Shown here piece by piece: positions 57,196 through 64,000 of a DNA stretch of 64,000 bases (positions within the stretch are counted from its first letter, which is position 1; each line of letters starts with the position of its first letter). This DNA is from Parcubacteria group bacterium (GTDB lineage: Bacteria > Patescibacteriota > Minisyncoccia > Portnoybacterales > UBA2143), in the NCBI GenBank assembly GCA_013203625.1, contig JABMPX010000005.1, positions 2,305-66,304 of the forward strand. Reading direction: 5' to 3'. The notes under the pieces are model-generated. The model ran no database searches and had not been told where the DNA came from. It was given only the letters and a program-made list of their open reading frames with translations. The translations under genes were made by a program, and so were the position numbers.

Positions 57196-58398
57196 TTAAT
57201 ATCCTTTTAATTTGCTTGCATTTTTATGCTGGCGCATTCTTTCTAATGCCTTGGCTTCAATTTGCCTAATCCGTTCTCTGGTTACACCAAATTCCTGGCC
57301 CACTTCTTCTAAAGTATGGGTAACTCCGTCTTTTAATCCAAAACGCATCTCTAAAATTTTTTGTTCTCGAGGAGATAAATCAATTAAAATTTCTTTAAGG
57401 CGATTTTTAAGCAGTTTTCTGGCTGCTATTTGACTGGGCGAAATACTTTTTTTATCTTCAACAAATTCCCCTAAACTGCTTTCTTCGTCCTTATCGCTAA
57501 CTGGCGCTTCCAAAGAGATTGTATCTTGAGAGATTTTTATAATCTGTCTAACTTTTTCAATACTTTCACCCATTTCAGCTGATATTTCTTCAGGCAATGG
57601 TTCACGTCCTAAACTTTGTAAAAGCAGGCGCTTAACTTGGGTATATTTACTGATTGTTTCAACCATATGAACTGGGATTCTGATAGTTCTAGCTTGATCA
57701 GCTAATGCCCGTGTAATTGCTTGTCGTATCCACCAAGTAGCATAAGTAGAAAATTTATATCCGCGATGATAATCAAATTTTTCCACTGCCTTAAAAAGAC
57801 CTATATTCCCTTCTTGAATAAGATCTAAAAGGCTGAAATTACGGCTGCGTCCAATGTATCTTTTAGCAATACTAACAACTAATCTTAAATTAGCCTGAGT
57901 TAATTGCTGTCTAGACTCTTCGTTCCCTTGTTCTATCCCTTTAGCTAATCTGACCTCGTCTTGAGCTGTTAATAAAGGTATTCGTCCAATTTCACGCAAA
58001 TACATTTGCACATTATCAAATGCTTCTGAAGAAATAGGCAATTTTTTTCTAGTTGAATTTTTATCTTTTTTTAAGGATGCATCTAAAAATTCTACTGATT
58101 CAATTATTTCTATATTGTTTTCCCTTAACTTTTCATAAGCATTTTCTAGCCCCTCTATATCGTCTTCTATTCTTGGAACTATGCGCAATAATTCTGTTTC
58201 AGTAATAAATCCTCTTTCTCTCCCTCTATTGATCAACTCCTCAATTTTTTCTTGACTGATTAATGTTTTTTTTCTTCGTTTAACAGGATGAGGCTTAATG
58301 CGTGTTATTTTTTTAGTTTTCGCGGCTTTTTTTCTTGGGACAGGCTTCTTTCTATTAGTTTTAACAGCTTTAGATTTATTTTTTTTATTTTTAATCAT
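57196..58398 (-). CDS. rpoD: Primary sigma factor sigma70
   Basis: [47 protein letters not shown]. Confidence 0.97.
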   Translation of the reverse strand: MIKNKKNKSKAVKTNRKKPVPRKKAAKTKKITRIKPHPVKRRKKTLISQEKIEELINRGRERGFITETELLRIVPRIEDDIEGLENAYEKLRENNIEIIESVEFLDASLKKDKNSTRKKLPISSEAFDNVQMYLREIGRIPLLTAQDEVRLAKGIEQGNEESRQQLTQANLRLVVSIAKRYIGRSRNFSLLDLIQEGNIGLFKAVEKFDYHRGYKFSTYATWWIRQAITRALADQARTIRIPVHMVETISKYTQVKRLLLQSLGREPLPEEISAEMGESIEKVRQIIKISQDTISLEAPVSDKDEESSLGEFVEDKKSISPSQIAARKLLKNRLKEILIDLSPREQKILEMRFGLKDGVTHTLEEVGQEFGVTRERIRQIEAKALERMRQHKNASKLKGY

Positions 58399-60182
58399 AT
58401 TACTTGTTTTGCTAATTTATTAAATTCTTTAGTCAATTTTTTAAGAGAAATATTATCTTTTTTTTCTTCTGCTTCCTGAATAGATAAGCTTAACTGATTT
58501 AATTTCTTTTGGAAATAGCGTTTTTTTAACTCTTTGAAACAAAATTTAATTTCTTTTTTAGGATTAAATTCATCAATCATTTCTTTTTGCACTTCTACTC
58601 CGAAAATAAGGTAATCCACTTTATCTGCTAAAACAAATGGCAAATCTTTTTTAAAATTTTTTATATTAATTTTCTTATTTCGATTCTCTTTTAAAACATT
58701 AAATATTTGTTCTAAATTTGTATCAATAAATAGAGAACGAGACTGTTTTCTGCTTTCTTTAAGGGCTTCTGGATATGCTAGAATAAGGCCCAAGGTATAT
58801 TCTTCAAAATTAAGCTTCCCTTTACTAAGATTATTTTGATTTAGAATTGGCTGATTGTCCTGAATTGTATTTACTGTTGAACTTTTTATTTTTCCCATCT
58901 CTTCTATTAAAACCTCTTCTTGAACTTTTAATTCTCCAGCTACTTTTTGCAGCCAATGAGCTTGTTCAACTTTATTAGGAATCTTTTTAATTATTGGCAA
59001 AAGGTCTTGAGATGTTTTTTTCTTGCCTTCTGCTGTATTTAGGTCGTTCTTAGAAAGGGCGTTGGATAAATAAAATTCAATCAAACTTTGGGCGTTTTTA
59101 ACTGCATTGGGCCAAGTTTGAGTATTTTTCTGGAAACAATCAGCTGGATCTTGATTGTCAGGCAAGCTGATAACTTTAAGATTAAAACCAAATTGAAGAG
59201 CTAAATCAGCTCCGCGTTTTGTTGCTATTTCGCCTGCCACATCCATATCAAAGGCCATTGCTAAAATATCTGTATATCGCTTAATAATTTTTAATTGTTG
59301 CTCAGTTAAGGCAGTGCCTGAACTGGCTATTATATTATTAAAACCAGCTTGATGTCCCATAATAACATCAGTTTGTCCTTCAACTAAGACACAAAGATTA
59401 TTCTTTCTAATATCCAGCTTAGCTTTGTCTATGCCGTATAAAATACGACTTTTATCGTAAATAAGGGTATTGGGCGTATTAATATATTTGCCCATTCGTT
59501 CATCAGGATGAGCAGGATTTTCTCTTCCAGTAAAACCTACTATTATTCCATTAATATCTTTAATAGGAAAAATAATTCTATCTCGAAATCTATCGTAATA
59601 TTTGCTTCTGTTTGTTTTCTTTTCTGTTTCAATGATTAATCCTGTTTTTAAAATTTCTGTTTCAATATATCCCTGCTTTTTTAAAAAATCCATTAAAGAA
59701 TTCCATTGGCTAGGAGCATAGCCAATTTGCCAATCTTTTATTGTTTTTGTTTTTATTCCACGTCCAGATAAATATTTTTGAATATTTTTACCAGTTTTGC
59801 TTTCTAACTGTTTAATAAAAAAACGAGTGGATAAATCACAAATTTCATATAATCTGGTTCTTTCAGTTTTTAATTTAACTGATATAGCTGGATCAAGTTT
59901 TTTTAATTCTACTCCAGCCCGTTGAGCTAAAGTTCGCAAAGCATCGCCGAATTCCACTCCTTCCATTTCCATAATAAAATCAAAAATGCTTCCGCCTTTG
60001 CCGCAGCCAAAACAGCGCCATAACTGTCTTTCCGGCGAAACCATAAAAGAAGGCGTTTTTTCTGAATGAAAAGGACAGCTGGCTCGGTAATTCCGCCCGG
60101 CTTTTTGCAATTTAATATACCCTCCAATTACATCAATTATATCTAATTTATTTTTAATCTCATCAACTGGTGAATCAAACAT
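58395..60182 (-). CDS. dnaG: DNA primase
   Basis: [32 protein letters not shown]. Confidence 0.97.
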   Translation of the reverse strand: MFDSPVDEIKNKLDIIDVIGGYIKLQKAGRNYRASCPFHSEKTPSFMVSPERQLWRCFGCGKGGSIFDFIMEMEGVEFGDALRTLAQRAGVELKKLDPAISVKLKTERTRLYEICDLSTRFFIKQLESKTGKNIQKYLSGRGIKTKTIKDWQIGYAPSQWNSLMDFLKKQGYIETEILKTGLIIETEKKTNRSKYYDRFRDRIIFPIKDINGIIVGFTGRENPAHPDERMGKYINTPNTLIYDKSRILYGIDKAKLDIRKNNLCVLVEGQTDVIMGHQAGFNNIIASSGTALTEQQLKIIKRYTDILAMAFDMDVAGEIATKRGADLALQFGFNLKVISLPDNQDPADCFQKNTQTWPNAVKNAQSLIEFYLSNALSKNDLNTAEGKKKTSQDLLPIIKKIPNKVEQAHWLQKVAGELKVQEEVLIEEMGKIKSSTVNTIQDNQPILNQNNLSKGKLNFEEYTLGLILAYPEALKESRKQSRSLFIDTNLEQIFNVLKENRNKKINIKNFKKDLPFVLADKVDYLIFGVEVQKEMIDEFNPKKEIKFCFKELKKRYFQKKLNQLSLSIQEAEEKKDNISLKKLTKEFNKLAKQVI

Positions 60183-60191
60183 CTTAAAAAA

Positions 60192-60701
60192 TTATTTATG
60201 TTTATATTTAATTTTATCTTCATTTGCTCCTTTTAGTATTTTATCCACCATTTCAATTTCTTCTAAAATCCCTTCAATTAAATCATATTTCTTAGCTTGT
60301 TTATAACTTACCCAAGCATAATCAATATTATCCTCATCTAATTTAATTTTTCCTGATCTATACGGACAATAAAAACTTAAAATAATCGCTGGAGTTCCGT
60401 CAGGAATAATAAAGGCAATATCTAATAAATATTTTACTCTGCCTATTTCTAAATTAACCTCTTCTTTTACTTCTCTTTTTAAAGAGTGTTCAATAGCAAA
60501 ATACCAATGATTCCTAGTGGTTTTAACAGTATTGATATAATCATCTGTTTCTAATCCCCCGCCTGGCACAGTCCATTGTCCTGGGAATGCTTTCTTGTTT
60601 AAACTTCGCTGGGTTATCAAATATTTAATATTCTTGCCATGTTTTCGGTAAATAATCGCTGTAGAAGTTATCCGATGTAATTCTTTATTTTTAATTTTCA
60701 T
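60192..60701 (-). CDS. NUDIX hydrolase
   Basis: PGGG...LKREVKEEVNL Nudix box. Confidence 0.88.
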   Translation of the reverse strand: MKIKNKELHRITSTAIIYRKHGKNIKYLITQRSLNKKAFPGQWTVPGGGLETDDYINTVKTTRNHWYFAIEHSLKREVKEEVNLEIGRVKYLLDIAFIIPDGTPAIILSFYCPYRSGKIKLDEDNIDYAWVSYKQAKKYDLIEGILEEIEMVDKILKGANEDKIKYKHK

Positions 60702-60728
60702 GACAATATGGATATCCTTAACTATTGA

Positions 60729-61574
60729 TTATTTTGGTTTATTTGCAGTAAATATACAATATCGAAATAATCCTTTTTCGTTCATTTTATAATATTCGTA
60801 TCCGGCAGTAGTGTTGATGAAAAATCTTTGAAGCCCAAAAAATTTTATAAATTTATATGGCAAAACAGAAAGCTTATATAATCTATAGAACGATGGACGG
60901 ATATTCTCTGTTATATTTTGTTCTTTTACATTTTCAAATCCAGCATTTTGAACAATCTCTGTAAATTGATCGTGCCTAAAATCCTTTAGCCCCATCATTG
61001 CTGAACCGTCTATAACAAGATTAAGCATTTTCTTCTCCCACTCCGAAAATTTTTCATCAGGAGCCACAGTATATTCAAAAAGCGCAATTTTGCCATTGGG
61101 CTTTAAAACTCTATAAAATTCTTTAAGTGTTTTAAGAATATTGGGAGAATGCGAAAGCGTTTCGGTAGTATAAATTGCATCAAAATAATTATTGTGGAAA
61201 GTCATTATAGAGTAATCCATTATTTGATAGTCAGTTTTATTTTCAATCCTAAATTTTCGGGCAAGTTTTTTAGCTTTTTTCACTTCAAACGGTACAAGTG
61301 TAATGCCAAAAATTTCAGCTCCGTATTTTTTAGCAAGATATGTTGAAACAACACCTTGACCACAACCAGCATCTAAAACTCGCTGGTTTTGTTGAAGATT
61401 TAAATTTTTAGCAACTAAGTCTTGAAGTAAGACCTGAGCTCTTTTCTCCGAAATATCATTTCTTCTATTTGGGTAATAACCAAAATGCTTTGATCCACAT
61501 AAGATAAAATTAAAACCGAGTCTTGTTTCTGGATGTTGGTAATAATCAACGATTTTTTGCTGCTCAGTTTTCAT
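60729..61574 (-). CDS. Class I SAM-dependent methyltransferase (sterol/tocopherol methyltransferase-like)
   Basis: HFGYY, VLDAGCGQG, ETLSH, RVLKPNG. Confidence 0.85.
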   Translation of the reverse strand: MKTEQQKIVDYYQHPETRLGFNFILCGSKHFGYYPNRRNDISEKRAQVLLQDLVAKNLNLQQNQRVLDAGCGQGVVSTYLAKKYGAEIFGITLVPFEVKKAKKLARKFRIENKTDYQIMDYSIMTFHNNYFDAIYTTETLSHSPNILKTLKEFYRVLKPNGKIALFEYTVAPDEKFSEWEKKMLNLVIDGSAMMGLKDFRHDQFTEIVQNAGFENVKEQNITENIRPSFYRLYKLSVLPYKFIKFFGLQRFFINTTAGYEYYKMNEKGLFRYCIFTANKPK

Positions 61575-61633
61575 GCTTAAATAAATGTTATGGCGGTATA
61601 CGTTCGAAAAAATTCGAACGGAATTTTCCACTC

Positions 61634-61855
61634 TCACATTCCCAAAAACTCTAATAATTTATAGATAACAAAAGCGGGCCAGACAATAGCCTTAAGAATG
61701 CCAAGAACTCCAGCCCAGAAGCTTGTTGCGTTCTGAATGAAATAAATTGCCGCGCCGATCAAACCCAAGCCATACACAGCGCTTGATACTCCGCCACATG
61801 GCATAGACTTGCTTTTTCCGCATTCATCCTCTGATAAATTTTTTTCGTCATTCAT
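61634..61855 (-). CDS. Small membrane protein
   Basis: VYGLGLIGAAIYFI..FWAGVLGILKAIVWPA. Confidence 0.7.
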   Translation of the reverse strand: MNDEKNLSEDECGKSKSMPCGGVSSAVYGLGLIGAAIYFIQNATSFWAGVLGILKAIVWPAFVIYKLLEFLGM

Positions 61856-61962
61856 GTTTTTGTTTTATCGCTTATAGATTTTATATATCGACCTTATATT
61901 ATAACTAAAGAAATCAGTAATAAAATTTTGTTATATAATTTATTCATTTTTTAAAATTTTAA

Positions 61963-61998
61963 TAAGTAGGGGCAGATTATTTTTTCTACCCCTACTTA
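61963..61998 (-). terminator. Terminator hairpin
   Basis: TAAGTAGGGG...CCCCTACTTA, directly after the 61999 stop. Confidence 0.7.
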
Positions 61999-62601
61999 CT
62001 ATTTATCATGATTACGAATATCTTGAATTACCATTCTTCCATTTTCGTCAAAATTTCCTTTTTGTTTTAAACTTTTATTGTGATATTTGTGTTCTGATTT
62101 CCATTGTTTACCACTTCTCTTTATCACAGTGTTTATATCTCCTCTTTGAAGAAATGTTTTTCCTTCACTAATAGAAATATAACCATCTCCTTTTTCTACT
62201 CTTGAAGAGCCATCTCTCATATTTCGTCTAATTTCATGCTTAATAGGTATTTGATTAGAAAATTTAGGACTAATATAGAATATGTGAGACCCTTCTTCTA
62301 TAATTTTTCTTTCTTTATCTGCTCTTTGATAAGGAAAATCAATTTTGATTCTGCCATCTTTTTGAACGTTCCATTTTGCATCCATTCCTATAACACTTGA
62401 AAAAATCCTATCCCACACATCAAGATTAACTTCTTTATCGATTTGTCCAGTAAACATGTTTCCTAAATTAGCTATAAGATAACTAATAACTAATAAAACA
62501 GAAACCAGCAGAAATATACTTTTAGTTAAAGAGAAATTGCCTATTCTAAAGCTTTCTAGAATATTCTTCCTTTTTCTTTTCCGTCTTGATTTTCTTTTCA
62601 T
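61999..62601 (-). CDS. Hypothetical membrane-anchored protein downstream of tRNA-Ser
   Basis: Basic N-terminus, TM helix, beta-rich domain; SD AAGGAGGT 7 nt before ATG 62601. Confidence 0.7.
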   Translation of the reverse strand: MKRKSRRKRKRKNILESFRIGNFSLTKSIFLLVSVLLVISYLIANLGNMFTGQIDKEVNLDVWDRIFSSVIGMDAKWNVQKDGRIKIDFPYQRADKERKIIEEGSHIFYISPKFSNQIPIKHEIRRNMRDGSSRVEKGDGYISISEGKTFLQRGDINTVIKRSGKQWKSEHKYHNKSLKQKGNFDENGRMVIQDIRNHDK

Positions 62602-62661
62602 TGCGAACACCTCCTTAGGAAAATTTATCGAAAAAATTTAAAAGGAACTAAAAATTTAAAC

Positions 62662-62749
62662 TGGCGGAGAGGGCAGGATTCGAACCCGCGGTACATTGCT
62701 GCACACACGCTTTCCAAGCGTGCTCTTTAAGCCACTCAGACACCTCTCC
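62662..62749 (-). tRNA. tRNA-Ser(GGA) with CCA
   Basis: GGAGAGG acceptor stem, CACGC-TTGGAAA-GCGTG, long variable arm, GCCA end. Confidence 0.96.
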
Positions 62750-62752
62750 TAT

Positions 62753-62998
62753 TTAAAAATGCTCTAACAGTTTCTTTTTTAATTTATCTATTTCAAAAGA
62801 ATCCAAGGGATCTCCTGAAACACGTTTTAAACGGCTAATTTCCTTTTTCATTTCATACTCGCTTAGACCATCTTTTAAAGAATCACTGAAAACACCTTCT
62901 ACATAATGCCGTTCATTTGGAGATAACTGCGGAATTTTTCGCAATGTTTTCTTGAAATCATCACGATATATTTTTTTACTGCTTGAAAAAAATCCCAT
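62753..62998 (-). CDS. Hypothetical protein
   Basis: Compact helical ORF between the SGNH gene and the tRNA. Confidence 0.65.
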   Translation of the reverse strand: MGFFSSSKKIYRDDFKKTLRKIPQLSPNERHYVEGVFSDSLKDGLSEYEMKKEISRLKRVSGDPLDSFEIDKLKKKLLEHF

Positions 62999-63002
62999 AT
63001 AT

Positions 63003-63659
63003 TCATTTCTCAATTAATTTATTCTCCAATAAAAAATCTCTGACTCTTTTAAACATTTTCTGATGGCCTTTTGAATTAGGATGTAAGCCATCTTCTAAAT
63101 CTTTTTTACTTAATAAATCAAACATATCAATGAATAATGTATTGTTGTCTTGGCAAAAATCTTTTAATATTTTGTTATACTGCCGAACATTTTTATTGAT
63201 ATAGTATTTGTCTTTGCCAGAAATTGGAGAAGTTTTAGATTCATCAACTTTAGTAAACCCAATAAACAAAACTTTTTTTGTATATTTATATGCTTTGTTT
63301 GATAAAGTATTTAAGTTCTTTTTGAAATCATCGGGCTTAACCATAACATCGTCTTTCGATTTTGAATATTTACAATCATTAGTTTCAATAGCAAATATTA
63401 TTATATTATGCTGACTTCTTTCAAAATCTTCTGATGTTCGCTGTTTCATCTCATTATCAAATCTTTCTAATAAATCATTTGTTGTGTCCCCGCCTATGCC
63501 TAAATTCATCGTGGAATAAACAATAAAATCATCTTTTATTTTTATTCTAAAATCATCGCTATACAAGTATGTTTTTAAACGATCCACCCATCCTCCATGC
63601 TTTGGATCCCAGAGGCCAAGCGTAATACTAGCTCCAAAAACAATTAAATGAATAAACAT
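63003..63659 (-). CDS. SGNH/GDSL hydrolase
   Basis: FGASIT, NLGIGG, TND, DGLHPN. Confidence 0.88.
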   Translation of the reverse strand: MFIHLIVFGASITLGLWDPKHGGWVDRLKTYLYSDDFRIKIKDDFIVYSTMNLGIGGDTTNDLLERFDNEMKQRTSEDFERSQHNIIIFAIETNDCKYSKSKDDVMVKPDDFKKNLNTLSNKAYKYTKKVLFIGFTKVDESKTSPISGKDKYYINKNVRQYNKILKDFCQDNNTLFIDMFDLLSKKDLEDGLHPNSKGHQKMFKRVRDFLLENKLIEK

Positions 63660-63661
63660 AA

Positions 63662-64000
63662 TTATATCTCCATTCCCCGTAAGGCGTTAACTCTTTTCTC
63701 AATCGGAGGATGAGTCATAAATAATCTAGAAACTTTTTTACCTTTAAAAGGATTATTAATATACAAATGAGCTGTGGCTTTATTAGCTACTTTTAAAGGC
63801 GTCTGGTCTGCTGATATTTTCTCTAACGCACTGGCTAATCCTTCTGGATAACGAGTTAATAAAGCGCCGCTAGCATCAGCTAAAAATTCTCTTTTACGGG
63901 AAATAGACAATTGAATTAAAGCAGCAATTAAAGGAGATAAAATAGCCAAGGCAAAACCAATTAAAATCATAATACCAGCAAATTGTCCCCCTCCTTGGTT
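63662..64000 (-). CDS. htpX: M48 zinc metalloprotease HtpX, 5'-truncated by window edge
   Basis: SRKREFLAD, LASALEKI, THPPIEKRV. Confidence 0.92.
   Translation of the reverse strand, partial: NQGGGQFAGIMILIGFALAILSPLIAALIQLSISRKREFLADASGALLTRYPEGLASALEKISADQTPLKVANKATAHLYINNPFKGKKVSRLFMTHPPIEKRVNALRGMEI

Noticed and set aside
61575-61633. Integron attC site or tRNA-derived att remnant
   Set aside because: GCCATAAC is present but there is no matching GTTRRRY box with attC geometry. The TGGCGG match to the tRNA-Ser end is only 6 bp.
1-64000. Alternative genetic code (UGA=Gly as in Gracilibacteria/Absconditabacteria)
   Set aside because: Conserved genes are full length under the standard bacterial code, and TGA serves as a normal stop (e.g. 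ftsI, P-type ATPase).

Overview
AT-rich, gene-dense bacterial chromosome segment whose gene content and protein styles point to a Patescibacteria/CPR (Parcubacteria-like) genome; this assignment is inferred, not computed. Most of it is housekeeping: a split dcw cluster, rplJ-rplL with an L10 leader, grpE-hsp20-dnaK and a distant dnaJ, aspS, gltX, dnaB, recR, dnaG-rpoD, five tRNAs and two surface-glycan loci. Genes run mainly on + until ~50.1 kb and on - afterwards. A dif-like site at the promoter of the only Xer recombinase gene in the window (~48 kb) suggests the replication terminus is here. Most notable: (1) a four-gene envelope island at 23.4-27.5 kb with a LysM-TM-zinc-finger protein, two lipoproteins and a LysM protein ending in what looks like an outer-membrane beta-barrel, unexpected in a lineage thought to lack an outer membrane; (2) a precise 48-bp palindromic element inserted in frame in a glycosyltransferase; (3) two expression styles, with leaderless-looking core genes versus accessory genes that have strong Shine-Dalgarno sites and a shared boxA-like leader motif. 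No CRISPR array, rRNA or transposase was seen.
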